A stretch of 63,805 bases of DNA, the filler included, from Chiloscyllium plagiosum (taxonomy: Eukaryota): NCBI RefSeq assembly GCF_004010195.1. It is 5 parts of one record of this genome, joined end to end, with 100 filler letters (N's around TTAATTAATTAA, not from the genome) between each part and the next. Parts side by side here need not be neighbours in the genome. Positions count along the whole stretch, not along the records: positions 46,238 to 56,035 come from NC_057712.1; positions 56,136 to 61,590 come from NC_057712.1; positions 61,691 to 63,805 come from NC_057712.1; 2 more parts are not named here. The stretch is one strand, 5' to 3'. Made by a program: the position numbers and the translations under genes. A model generated the notes under the pieces. That model did not search any database. It saw nothing but the letters and a program-made list of their open reading frames with translations, and was not told the DNA's origin. Of this stretch, positions 51,741-63,805 are shown piece after piece. Numbering within the stretch: the stretch's first letter is position 1; every line of letters starts with the position of its first letter.

Positions 51741-52769
51741 AAATCTAACCGTAAACCAGTTACCCTGTGCCTTCTGCTAACAGGTGAAATTATCTAAACA
51801 GAAACTATCAAGAAGCAGCAGCATGATGAGCATAAGAATAATCTCAACAAACTCTGTGCACAGATTCATTGAACATCCCAGATGCTCCCTCAACTATGTT
51901 TCTTTTTGGTCTGTATAGTCTCAACATGTGTATAGAAGGAGAGTTTAGAATGAGGTTAGAGTTTTAACTGGAAGAACAATACATCAATCGTTTACAATTG
52001 TTTATCTGAGTAGAATCTATCTATTTGAAACAATATCAACTTTTGGTAAGTCCAGAAATATAACCTGTGCTCTAAAGACAGGCAATTTGGGGAACTTTGT
52101 ATACTTTTCAAAATCTTTAACTTTTGTGATGGCTGTGGGTAAGTGAGCATGATATCTAGTATGCTACGCTTGTGAGGTGTAACACAGTTAATTACGCTTG
52201 GAATTATTAAAGTTTGGAAATGAAGACATTATGCAATCAATCCACCTATTGTGCAGAGATACCTGGTTTTCATGGTTCAGTACTATTTTAGCCTATTGAA
52301 TTTTGTCGTATCACTATGGAAGATTTTTTCCATTCAGGGTTACTATTCTCACAGCTTTAATACATTAATTTATGATCCTGATATACACCTTTTATTTTCT
52401 CTGTAGCTCAAATGGATTGTCATCTGGAACTGCTTAGCACCTGTTTTCAAAAGTATCCTAAATATTTCTCATTCCATCACTACGTCTTATGTCTTATTGC
52501 TCCTGCTTAGTATCCACGGTTTTCACAATTCTGTAAAGTGAATTGAAACTTCTTATTGAAATACAAGCTTTTGTTGTTTCTCCAACAAATATTTTTATGG
52601 CTTTTCTAATAAGTTCTTGTCATAAGGCACTGTACAACAGGCAAGCCACAGTCAAAGAGTTGCAATATGTAATCCACTAACCTTTTATTTTTGTCTTAAT
52701 CAGTAATAGCTAATTCCTAATAGAATTTACCCTGATCCTTGTTACTGTATAGAGACAGAGTCATCAGGA

Positions 52770-53155
52770 AATGTAGATGGAGTTGATAAAACCTGGAGCT
52801 GGAAAAACACAGCAGGTCAGACCGCATTGGCGGAGAAAGAAAGTCAGCATTTCGGGACAGGACCCCTCATCANGGCAAGGTTGGGGGTGGGGAGATTTTG
52901 GAACTGGTGAACTCTATGTTGAGGCCATTAGGCTGTAAGCTCCTGAGGTGGATATAATGTGTTGTTCTTCCAGTTTGCACGTGGCCTCACTTTGATGGCG
53001 GAGGAGGCCCAGGATGGACATATCGCCAGGGGAGTGGGTGGGGGAGTTGAAATGCATGGCAACTGGAAGATGGTGTTAATTGGAGCATATAGAGTGCAGA
53101 TGCACCATGAACCAGTCCCCAAGTCTGTACTTGGTCTTTCCGATGTAGAGGTACT
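52770..53155 (-). mobile_element. Decayed PLE with GIY-YIG endonuclease fragment
   Basis: Minus-strand LYIGKTKYRLGDWFMVHLHSI, matching the YIG-x-T-x-x-RL..RF.EH pattern, followed by terminal repeat. Confidence 0.8.
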
Positions 53156-53284
53156 CTAGTCTGCACATGCATCTGGATATACAGCCATGAAAAAGGTGGC
53201 AAATTCCCCACAGATACTTAAGCATAAAGTCAGGAAAGTTTATCGATGATAACAATGGCAACAAATAACTTACAATTAACTTAC

Positions 53285-53408
53285 AACCTGATGAGGGATC
53301 GGCACTCCGAAAGCTAGTGCTTCCTGTTTAAACCTGTTGGACTATAACCTGGTGTTGTGTGATTTTTAACTTTGTACACCCCAGTCCAACACCGGCATCT
53401 CCAAATCA
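53285..53408 (+). mobile_element. PLE family A terminal fragment
   Basis: cctgatgagggatcggcactccgaaagctagtg...accggcatctccaaatca. Confidence 0.85.
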
Positions 53409-53731
53409 TGATTGCAATTATTTGTTACTCAATAGCAAATTAGCTGAATACATTTCAGGAAACTATTGCTGTTGCATTTATAAATTACATCACATGCATG
53501 CAAAAGGGGACCAAACCTTCCTGATCTGACAAATAAAGTCTCAGTGAGCAAATAATTTCATTTCAACAATAATTATACAAATTTGATGCAAGTGTGACCT
53601 TTCCAAACATAGATTAATTTTGCACGATTTGCTTTGTCTGACTTTTTGTTATCCATTTCACTGATCCTTTGTTTAATTATTTAGTCTGTCTAGTTTGTTG
53701 ATTTAACATGTAAGGTATTCTTGAAAGCTAT

Positions 53732-54119
53732 AAAGTTAAAAATCACACAACACCAGGTTATAGTCCAACAGGTTTAATTGGAAGCAAGCACTAGCTTTCG
53801 GAGCGATGCTCCTTCATCAGATGGTAGTGGATGAAGGAGCGTCGCACAGAAAGCTAGTGTGCTTCCAATTAAGTTGAAACTTTATTGCTGGAACAGCACA
53901 GCAGGTCAGGCAGCATCCAGGGAACAGGAGATTCGACGTTTCGGGCACAGGCCCTTCTTCAGGAATGAGCAGAGAGTGTTCAGCAGGAGAAGATAAAAGG
54001 TAGGGAGGAGGGACTTGGAGGAGGGGCGTTGCTTCCAATTAAACCTGTTGGACTATAACCTGGTGTTGTGTGATTTTTAACTTTGTACACCCCAGTCCAA
54101 CACCGGCATCTCCGAATCA
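53732..54119. mobile_element. PLE family A hairpin copy (target duplication tgaaagctata) containing a nested family B copy (53873-54029)
   Basis: Outer inverted arms and direct repeats; inner insert flanked by tgcttccaattaa at 53860-53872 and 54030-54042. Confidence 0.9.
53931..53966 (-). ncRNA. Minimal type I hammerhead ribozyme motif (PLE family B); second copy ~18869-18904
   Basis: Minus strand attc-CTGAAGA-a-gggc-ctgt-gccc-GAAA-cg-T-C-gaat: 4-bp stem I, 4-bp stem II, palindromic ACGT, GUC cleavage triplet. Confidence 0.75.
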
Positions 54120-54654
54120 TGAAAGCTATAGTTTATCTGGATGAGGTTATCAGCCATTAGTGTTGATGGTTTGACTAACCATTCAGTCAGCAGCATTCGT
54201 AGGCAGGAAGTGATACAGTACTACCAATGTTTGGTTTTGAGTTACCTGGCAGCCTAATAACTATTGGCTTTCAGAGCTTCCTGTCACTCATTGTCAGATC
54301 ATCAGTTTGCACCTCCCTCTTTGCACATTCTCATACAGCCTCCTTCACAAAGTATCACTCTACGAGCACACACTACAGCTTTGCTTCCTGTTTTGCCAGA
54401 GGGCAATCAGTTCAACAGCACACTCCTTTGATGAGAAACCTTGGCAGAGACAAGTGTAAACAAAACCTGCGCCTATTTTTAGAGACTAGCCTAGCCACAG
54501 TGAGTCAGGGCAAAACTGCTGACTCCATTTTGCTGGCTTACTCGATACAGGTGAAGTCATTATTCAAATGTTTTCTTTCCTCTATACATCAAGGGAGTTC
54601 CAGTGAAACTTCAGAAATAAGACTGTTTGTGTACAACTATAGTGACACAATGTA

Positions 54655-55230
54655 GAGTCATAGAGATGGACAGCACGGAAACAGACCATTTGGTCCAAAT
54701 TGCCCATGCCGACCAGATATTCTAAATTCACTTGGCTCATATCCCTCTACACCCTTCCTACTCATGTACTATCCAGATGCCTTTTAAATGTTGTCCATTG
54801 TACCAGCCTCCACCACTTCCTCTGGCAGCTCATTCCATACACGCACCACCCTCTGCCCAAAAAGGTTGCCCCTTACATCTCTTCTAAATCTTTCCCCTCT
54901 CACCTTAAACTATGACCTCTAGTTTTGGACTCCCCTGTCCTGGGGAAAAGACCTTGTCTAGTTACCCTATCCATGCTCCTCATGATTTTATAAGCTTCCA
55001 TAAGGTCAGCACTCATCCTCCGATGCTCTGCGGAAAATAACGCCAGCCTCTTCAGCTTCTCCCTGTAGCTCAAACCGTCCAACCCTGGCAATATCTTTGT
55101 AAACATTTTCTGAACCTTCTCAAGTTTCACAACATCTTTCCTATAGCAAGGAGACCTGAATTGAATGCTGTATTCCAACAGTGGCCGAAGCAATGTCCTG
55201 TACAACCACAACATGATCTGCCAACTCCTG
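54655..55230 (-). mobile_element. CR1 LINE 3' fragment
   Basis: LYRTLLRPLLEYSIQF...KDVVKLEKVQK...GESKTRGH. Confidence 0.9.
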
Positions 55231-55738
55231 TATTCCTTTACTACTTTAGAGACTGTGGGAAAAGTAATGACACAGCGTTACTTCTGAATCTGTTGAAGTG
55301 GGGCTGCAGTTGGAAATGGGTGAGTGAGGAGATGTTTCCCTTTGAACATGGTTACATGAGTCAGAATCCGTTCTTGAATGCTTGCCTTGAAGCAAGACGT
55401 GACACAAACCCTTCACAGACAGAAGATGCATGTGTTAGCAACTTGCTTTGTACCTAAGATTTAAGGAATTCACTTGGGTATGTAATCAATGGTTAGCTTC
55501 ACATTTCATTTAATTTGTGCTTTACTGGAAAGGTCCAGTGTATGAAAAATTGCAAAGGAATAGTCATCTCCTTGTGACAAACAAAGCCATACCCATGACC
55601 TCTTTTACTGATATGCAGAAGAGAAATCACTAGAAAACCAAAAGGATGTTGCCATAAAACTTCACTTGCAATATTGAACCAAACCTGTAGTGGCATTTAT
55701 AGGAAAGCAGTTTTGCTTGTTTAACAAGAGAACACATT

Positions 55739-56035
55739 GAAAGATCAATCCTAAGCAGAAGCCTCACCTTCATCCCCCTACGCTCCCGGATTAACGAATT
55801 CAACACGCGGCGAGACATTGAACAATTCTTCCGCCGCCTTCGCCTCCGTGCCTACTTCTCCAACCAGGACTCCCGCCCACCCTCTGACGACCCCTTCTCC
55901 CGCCTCCAACACACCTCATCCACCTGGACACCCGTGCTGCCCTCTTACCCGCCCTCGATCTTTACATAGCCAACTGCCACCGCGACATTGACCGCCTCAA
56001 CCTCTCCACCCCTCTCGCCCACTCCAACCTCTCAC
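55739..56035 (+). mobile_element. PLE ORF N-terminal fragment, truncated by gap
   Basis: Reads ERSILSRSLTFIPLRSRINEFNTRRDIEQFFRRLRLRAYF, typical of the pre-RT region of GIY-YIG PLEs; CpG-rich, so probably young. Confidence 0.75.
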
Positions 56036-56135
56036 NNNNNNNNNNNNNNNNNNNNNNNNNNNNNNNNNNNNNNNNNNNNTTAATTAATTAANNNNNNNNN
56101 NNNNNNNNNNNNNNNNNNNNNNNNNNNNNNNNNNN

Positions 56136-56471
56136 TGCAGACTGGCACATTCCAAGGTCCAGGACTACGTGTTGAGGGACGCGCTGAAGCTTGGGGCAGC
56201 TGCCGCCAAGGCACGGTGGGGAAAGACCACTGTGTAACGTCTGCCTGCCTAAGAAGAACAGGGTCATTTGAAACACAGTCATTTGGGCTCTGCTGGCGCC
56301 TCAGCTCAATATATGGACATGATTGATAAATGTACAGACCTGTTATACAAATGATAAATTCTGATCTCTGTATGCAAAGCAATGGAATGTTTATATATCT
56401 ATGGCATGACCAACTATACAGACCATCAAAATATTTTATGAATAAAGTATATTTTTGAAATTTTAAAAAAA
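56136..56471 (+). mobile_element. L1-Tx1 clade LINE 3' end
   Basis: CRLAHSKVQDYVLRDALKLGAAAAKARWGKTTV*, then 3' UTR, aataaa and A-tail. Confidence 0.7.
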
Positions 56472-56809
56472 TCACTTACACTATCCAAGCTTACATACAC
56501 ATTCACACTATTGCACACTTACATTGCACAGTCACAATCACCAGTACACACACACATGCACACACACACTGCACACTCACACACATACACACACACTGCA
56601 CACTCTCACACTCACTGCACACACTCACACACACACTGCACACACACACTCGTTGCACACACATACTCAGGGCACACCCACACACACATTGCACACACAG
56701 TCACACTCACTGCACACTTACACATATTGCACTCACACATTAATTGCACACATACATGCACACATGCTGACTGCGTACTCACACCCATCGACACACCCTC
56801 ACTGTCCAC

Positions 56810-58730
56810 TCACACGCACCCTCAGTGTACGCTCACCCACACCCTCAGTGTACACTCACACACATCCTCAGTGTACACTCACACACACACTCAGTGTTCA
56901 CACGCACACACCCTCAGTGTTCACACGCACACATCCTCAGTGTACACTCACACACCCTCAATGTACACTCACACACACCCTCTGTGCACATTCACATACA
57001 CCCTCTGTGTACACTCACACACACACTCAGTGTACACACACACATCCTCAGTCTACACTCACACACACCGTCAGTGTTCACTCACACACATCCTCAGTGT
57101 ACACTCACACATGCCCTCAGTATACACTCACACACATCCTCAATGTACACTCACACACACCATCAGTGTTCACTCACACACACCCTCAGTGTTCATTCAC
57201 ACAAACCCTCAGTGTTCACTCACACACATCCTCAGTGTTTACTCACACACACCCTCAGTGTACACTCACACACATCCTCAGTGTACACTCACACACATCC
57301 TCAGTGTACACTCACGCACACCCTCAGTGTACACTGACACACACCTTCAGTGTTCACTCACACACACCCTCAGTGTTCACTCACACACACACTCAGTGTA
57401 CACTCACACACACCTTCAGTGTACATTCACACACACCTTCAGTGTACATTCACACACACCATCAGTGTACACTCACACACACCCACATTGTACACTCACA
57501 CACACCCTCAGTGTACACTCACACACATCCTCAGTGTACACTCACACACACCCTCAGTGTTCACACGCGCACACCCTCAGTGTTCACACACACACATCCT
57601 CGGTGTACATCACACACATCCTCAGTGTACACTCACACACCCTCAATGTACACTCACACATACCCTCTGTGTACACTCACACACACCCTCAGTGCACATA
57701 CACATACACCCTCTGTGTACACTCACACACACACCCAGTGTACACACACACACATTCAGTGTACACACACACATCCTCAGTCTACACTCACACACACCCT
57801 CAGTCTACACTCACACACCATCAGTGTTCACTCACACACACCCTCAGTGTACACTCACACACACCCTCAGTGTTCACTCACACACATCCTCAGTGTACAC
57901 TCACACACGCCCTCAGTATACACTCACACACACCCTAAGTGTACACTCACACACACCCTCAGTGTACACTGACACACACCATCAGTGTTCACTCACACAC
58001 ACCCTCAGTGTTCACTCACACACATCCTCAGTGTACACTCACACACACCCTCAGTGTACACTCACACACCCTCAGTATACACTCACACACATCCTCAGTC
58101 TACACTCACGCCCACCCTCAGTGTACAATCACACACACCCTCAGTGTACACTCACACACATCCTCAGTCTACACTCACACACCATCAGTGTTCACTCACA
58201 CACATCCTCAGTGTACACTCACACACACCTTCAGTGTACACTCACACACATCCTCAGTGTACACTCACACACACCCTCAGTGTACACTCACACACACCCT
58301 CAGTATACAATCACACATACCCTCAGTGTACACTCACACACACCCTCAGTGTACACTTACACACATCCTCAGTGTACACTCACACACACCCTCAGTGTAC
58401 ATCACACACCCCCTCAGTGTACACTCACACACACCCTCAGTGTACACTCACACACATCCTCAGTGTACACTCACGCACACCGTCAGTATACACTCACACA
58501 CACCCTCAGTGTACACTCACACACATCCTCAGTGTACACTCACACACACCCTCAGTGTACACTCACACACACCCTCAGTGTACATTCACACACACACCCT
58601 CAGTGTACACTCACACACACCCTCAGTGTACACTCACACACACCCTCAGTGTACATTCACACACACCCTCAGTGTACACTCACACACACCCTCAGTGTAC
58701 ACTCACACACAGCCTCAGTGTACACTCATC
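56810..58730. repeat. Minisatellite, 23-bp unit cctcagtgtacactcacacaca(c/t), about 80 copies, preceded by a degenerate (CA)n tract at 56500-56810
   Basis: Directly visible; explains the His/Thr-rich ORFs in all three + frames. Confidence 0.97.
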
Positions 58731-59319
58731 CCTCACGTTGCTGCCTGTAATGATGAGTTTTATAGCTGTGGATTGGATTGTAGCTGTCACACTTGCCCTG
58801 ATGGGAAAGCTGAGAAGTGACATTAGACTGGAGAAGAGGAGTTGGGGGGTTTCACTACAGATTGTGAAACCTAAGCTGTCTTCACAGGCTGCTTTGTGTT
58901 GCTAAAGAATGACTGATGAAGGCTGATGTCATCCATGGGGGTTGTCAGGGCTGTTGGCTCAGGATGTTCTCAGAATTTCCCTTCCTTCCCCACAGGCCTC
59001 ACCACCTCCAGCTACACCCTGAAGGCAGTATGAGTAAAGCTGCCTTGTTGGTGAGCTCACACCACAGTCTCTTAGTATAACTGTCTCCTCTTTTCATTAT
59101 GTAACATCAGCCGGACATGGCCCGAGAGGACAATCCATTGGATCACGGTATGGGAAAAGGGGGCAGAACGCCAGCAGAATTAACCACATTCACAGTGACC
59201 TGGACCGAGGGTCAAGAGACGGGTTCAGGGAGCGATCCCGATGGTCTGTAACCTTTACAGGGTGGTTCTGGGTATCAGCGGCTCACTGGGTGCTATTCTT
59301 ACCTCACACTTCAACAATC

Positions 59320-59470
59320 ATGGGGCCCAGTCCCAGCCCAGAGCCTAGGCTGATGCTCCAATGCAGGGCTGAGGGAGTGCTGCACTGTCAAAGTGCGTAC
59401 CTTGAGACATTTACTTGGGGCCCTGTGAGCGGTCCATGTCAGGATCCACGGGGTCATTTTGAAGAGGAGG
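59320..59470 (+). mobile_element. Deu-domain SINE fragment
   Basis: ctaggctgatgctccaatgcagggctgagggagtgctgcactgtc...ttttgaagaggag. Confidence 0.6.
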
Positions 59471-59695
59471 CGATGCTGGAGATTTGACCATGAAGGTGGG
59501 AACATGGATGTGGATGTGTTTCTCATGCAGCCCGTGAGGTGGCATGGGTCAGTGAGCACAGGAGTGAGTGGGACTCGGTACAAGCTGGGATCGTGAGGGG
59601 TGGGGAGGCAGAGGTTTGGATGAGCTGAAGGGTTACAGAAGTTGGAAGAGGAAGATTAGCACTGCTTTTCCTCAGCACGAAGGCTCTCAATTTCG

Positions 59696-59709
59696 GTTGC
59701 TACGGCAAC
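59696..59709. promoter_or_regulatory. RFX X-box motif GTTGCTACGGCAAC in a locally CpG-enriched segment
   Basis: Two mismatches from the canonical GTTGCCATGGCAAC with both GTTGC/GCAAC half-sites intact; reverse CCAAT (attgg) ~25 nt downstream. Confidence 0.5.
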
Positions 59710-60474
59710 TGTGGGAACAGGGCACTGGTATCGCATTGGCAATTCAGAGCAAGAACTATGTCAAGGGAGGAGATAGAGAATGCTTAAAGGAACTCTCCTG
59801 GCCCACTGTAAGACAGCGCAAAGATTCACCCTGGGTCTGGGGTAAGGCCCATGGTCAACATTGCAGGATCCCATCAGGATGTGACGGGACATGTTGATGA
59901 AGGAAGACCAGAATAATCCTGGTTTGGGATGGCCCCCTCTTTCCTGCTCTCTCTCTGGCGATGGCGGGGGGGGGTTAATATGATCAGCAGTGAGGGGAGG
60001 GCTTTTCCAGTTGTGGAGGGTGGAATTACAAGGTAACAAAAGGGTGATTTTAATATCCTGATCCCCTCCCATTCCCAAAGTCCTCCTCACAAACACAGGG
60101 TTTTAAATGACCCCTCCCTTTTGGGAAAGAAAATGACAGCTTTTGAAGATTTAGTCGGGGGGGGGGGCGATAAACGACTCAATTCACCATCTGAAGATAA
60201 ACAAAAATGCATTTTAGATATCAAAAGGTTTGTGGTTTCTATTGTGGAAATGGTTTGAAACTGACTAAGGTGGGAAAGAACTGAGCTGTGGATGTGGGTC
60301 TGAGCTCTGGTTAACCCTGGGGAAGATCAGCATTCACACTGTGGAAGCACTCTCATCCTTTCTCAGGAAGTGAAGGAGGGGAGCAACCTCACAGCAGCCC
60401 TTGCTAACACCATTTTAAACTAGCAGGAGCAGGTCAGGGGTCACTCAGCAGGGCCACTCCACCCACTGCCAAAC

Positions 60475-61298
60475 AAGAACATAGAACACACAACGTGACA
60501 GAACATACAATGTGATAGCGCAGTACCGGCCCTTCGGCCCTCGATGTGTCACCAACCTGTGAAACCAATCTAAAGCCCCATCTAACCTACACCGTTCCAT
60601 TATTATCCAGATGTATGTCCAATGCCCATTTAAACACCCTGAACATCAGCGAGTCTCCTACGGTTGCAGGCAGGCCGTCCCATTCCCCTTCTACTCTCTG
60701 AGTAAAGAAACTACCCCTAATATCTGTCCTAAATCTATCACCCCCCAATTTAAAGCTATGTCCCCTCGTGTTAGCCTTCACCATCCGATGAGAAAAGCTC
60801 TCAGTGTCCACCCGATCTAACCCTCTGATTATCTTATACATCTCGATTAAGTCACCTCTCAACCTTCTTCTCTCCAACAAAAACAGCCTCAGTTCCTTCA
60901 GCCATTCATTGTAAGACCTTCCTTCCATACCAGACAATATCCTAGTAAATCTCCTCTGAACCCTTTCAAAGATTTCCACATCCTTCCTGTAACACCAGAA
61001 CTGTATGCAACACTCCAGGTGCGGCCTTAGCTGAAGCAAGACCTCTTGGCTCCAAAACTCAATCCCCCTTCCGATAAATGCCAACACACCATATACCATC
61101 TTAACAACCCTATCAACCTGGCTGGCAACTTTCAGGTATTTATGCACCTGGATACACCTATCTCTCTATTCATCTAAACTGCCAAAATGTTACCATTAGC
61201 TCAGAACTCTGCATTCCTGTTACCTCTTCCGAAGTAAACTACCTCACACTTTCCCACATTAAACTCCATTTGCCACTTCTCAGCCCAGCTCTGCATCT
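60475..61298 (-). mobile_element. CR1 LINE ORF2 3' fragment
   Basis: ORF 60587-61147 KVASQVDRVVK..YGVLAFIGRGIEF...ERVQRRFTR...TRGHSFKL. Confidence 0.92.
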
Positions 61299-61301
61299 TC
61301 T

Positions 61302-61590
61302 AGGAGAAAGTGAGGTCTGCGGATGCTGGGGATCAGAGCTGAAAATGTGTTGCTGGAAAAGCGCAGCAGGTCAGGCAACATCCAAGGAACAGGAGAATCG
61401 ACGTTTCAGGCATGAGCCCTTCTTCAGGAATGAGGAAAATGTGCCAAGCAGGCTAAGATAAAAGGTAGGGAGGAGGGACTTGGAAATGTGATAGGTGGAA
61501 GGAGGTCAAGGTGAGGGTGATAGGCCTGAGTGGGGGTGGGGGCGGAGAGGTCAGGAAGAAAATTGCAGGTTAGGAAGGTGGTGCTGAGTT
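61302..61590 (-). mobile_element. PLE family B terminal region, truncated by gap
   Basis: ggagaaagtgaggtctgc...caggagaatcgacgtttcaggcatgagcccttcttcagg. Confidence 0.85.
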
Positions 61591-61690
61591 NNNNNNNNNN
61601 NNNNNNNNNNNNNNNNNNNNNNNNNNNNNNNNNNTTAATTAATTAANNNNNNNNNNNNNNNNNNNNNNNNNNNNNNNNNNNNNNNNNNNN

Positions 61691-62970
61691 TACTCCTACT
61701 TTCTTTATACTCTTCTAAGGATTCACGTGATCTATCCTGTCTATACCTGACATATGCTTCCTTCTTTTTCTTAACCAAACCCTCAATTTCTTTAGTCATT
61801 CAGCATTCCCTATACCTACCAGCCTTCCCTTTCACCCTGACAGGAATATACATTCTCTGGATTCTTGTTATCTCATTTCTGAAGGCTTCCTATTTTCCAG
61901 ACGTCCCTTTACCTACGAATGTTTGCCTCCCATCAACTTTTGAAAGTCCTTACTTAATATCGTCAAAATTGACCTTTCTCCAATTTAGAACTTCAACTTT
62001 TAGATCTGGTCTATCCTTTTTCATCACTATTTTAAAACGAATAGAATTATGGTCGCTGGCCCCAAAGTGCTCCCCCACTGACACCTCAGTCACCTGCCTT
62101 GCCTTATTTCCCAAGAGTAGGTCAAGTTTTGCACCTTCTCCAGTAGGTACATCCACATACTGAATCAGAAAATTGTTGTGTACATACTTAACAAATTCCT
62201 CTCCATCTAAACCTTTAACACTATGGCAGTCCCAGTCCATGTTTGGAAAGTTAAAATCCCCTACCATAACTACCCTATTATTCTTACAGATAGCTGAGAT
62301 CTCCTTACAAGTTTGTTTCTCAATTTCCCTCTGACTATTGGGGAGTCTATAAAACAATCTCAATAAGGTGATCATCCCTTTCTTATTTCTCAGTTCCACC
62401 GGAATAACTTCGCTGGATGTATTTCCGGGAATATCCTCCCTTAGCACAGCTGTAATGCTATCCCTTATCAAAAATGCCTCTCCCCCGCCTCTTTTCCTCC
62501 CTTTCTGTCCTTCTTGTAACATTTATGTCCTGGAACATTCAGCTGCCAGTCCTGCCCATCCCTGAGCCATGTTTCCGTAATTGATATGATATCACAGTCC
62601 CATGTTCCTAACCATGCCCTGAGTTCATCTGCCTTCCCTGTTAGGCTCTTTGCATTGAAGTAAATGCAGTTTAATTTATTTGTCCTACCTTGTCCCTGCC
62701 TGCCCTGACTGTTTGACTCACTTCTGTTCTCAGCTGTACCCATCTCAGATCGATCTCTTTCCTCACTATCTCCATGGGTCCCCCCCCCAACCTTACTAGT
62801 TTAAATCCTCCCGAGCAGCTCTAGCAAATTTCCCTGCCAGTATATTAGTCCCCTTCCAATTTAGGTGCAATCCGTCCTTCTTGTACAGGTCACTTCTACC
62901 CCAAAAGAGATTCCAATGATCCAAAAATGTGAATCCTTCTCCCATACACCAGCTCCTCAGCCATGCATTC
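61691..62970 (-). mobile_element. CR1 LINE: ORF1 SGNH-esterase C-terminus and ORF2 APE endonuclease (frameshifted)
   Basis: NAWLRSWC...DGLHLNWKG (esterase); CIYFNAKSL...ISITETW; MVGDFNFP...GASDHN (APE motifs). Confidence 0.93.
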
Positions 62971-62974
62971 ATAG

Positions 62975-63805
62975 ACAGTAGACAATAGGTGCAGGAGTAG
63001 GCCATTCAGCCCTTCGAGTCTGCACCGCCATTCAACATGATCATGGTTGATCATTCCTAATCAGTATCCTGTGCCTTATCTCCATAACCCTTGATTCCAC
63101 TATCTTTGAGAGCTCTATCCAACTCTTTCTTAAATGAATCCAGAGACTGGGCCTCCACTGCCCTCTGGGACAGAGCATTCCACACAGCCACCACTCTCTG
63201 GGTGAAGAAGTTTCTCCTCATCTCTGTCCTAAATGGTCTACCCCGTATTTTAAGCTGTGTCCTCTGGTTTGGCACTCATCCATCAGCGGAAACATGTGTC
63301 CTGCTGCCAGAGTGTCCAATCCTTTCATAATCTTATATGTCTCAATCAGATCCCCTCTCAGTCTTCTAAACTCAAGGGTATAACAAGCCCAGTTGCTTCA
63401 GTCTTTCAGTGTAAGGTAATCCCGCCATTCCAGGAATTGACCTCGTGAACCTACGCTGCACTCCCTCAATAGCCAGAACGTCTTTCCTCAAATTTGGAGA
63501 CCAGAACTGCACACAGTACTCCAGGTGTGGTCTCACCAGGGCCCTGTAGAGCTGCAGAAGCACTTCTTTGCTTCTATACTCAATTCCTCTTGTTATGAAG
63601 GCCAGCATGCTATTAGCCTTCTTCATTACCTGCTGGACCTGCATGCTTGCCTTCATTGACTTGTGTACAATAACACCCAGATCTCTCTAATCTGCCTTCC
63701 TGTTCTTGCCAAAAAAAGTGGATAACCATACATTTATCCACATTAAACTGCATCTGCCATGCATCTGCCCACTCACCTAACTTGAGGTCACCCTCCTGTA
63801 ATCTC
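62975..63805 (-). mobile_element. CR1 LINE ORF2 3' fragment inserted next to the previous copy
   Basis: KKANSMLAFITRGIEY...LVRPHLEYCVQFWSP; RNFFTQRVVAVWNAL. Confidence 0.93.

Noticed and set aside
54227..54655. 142-aa ORF in unique sequence
   Set aside because: No recognisable domain or coding-like composition
56810..58730. CRISPR-like array of palindromic repeats
   Set aside because: No unique spacers, no cas genes, vertebrate context
56511..58905. Long His/Thr-rich ORFs (up to 482 aa)
   Set aside because: Open in all three + frames only because the 23-bp minisatellite lacks stop codons; not gene-like
61691..63805. Intact autonomous CR1
   Set aside because: Two separate fragments, frameshifted and cut by a gap

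Overview
Vertebrate genomic DNA, almost certainly elasmobranch (shark/ray), judged from about 11 HE1-type V-SINE copies, Deu-domain SINEs and many CR1 LINE fragments. The window is mostly repeats and has five assembly gaps, four with an artificial TTAATTAATTAA spacer. The only convincing host coding sequence is the 3' end of an unidentified + strand gene (exon 981-1033 spliced in frame to a terminal exon 6077-6179, then an AT-rich 3' UTR). Most of the rest is decayed mobile elements: CR1, a second CR1/L2-group LINE, L2, an RTE/BovB-like LINE, two L1-Tx1 3' ends, pogo-like MITEs, probable Harbinger remnants with fossil Myb/SANT ORFs, and three families of Penelope-like elements (PLEs). Many PLE copies are short hairpins with 11-14 bp target duplications and minimal hammerhead ribozyme cores. 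The most unusual observations are a 42-bp local sequence captured at a PLE hairpin centre via microhomology, a PLE nested in a PLE, a palindrome-cored 23-bp minisatellite, and an RFX X-box in a CpG-enriched segment near 59.7 kb. No intact novel protein-coding system is supported. Repeat boundaries were set by eye and are approximate.
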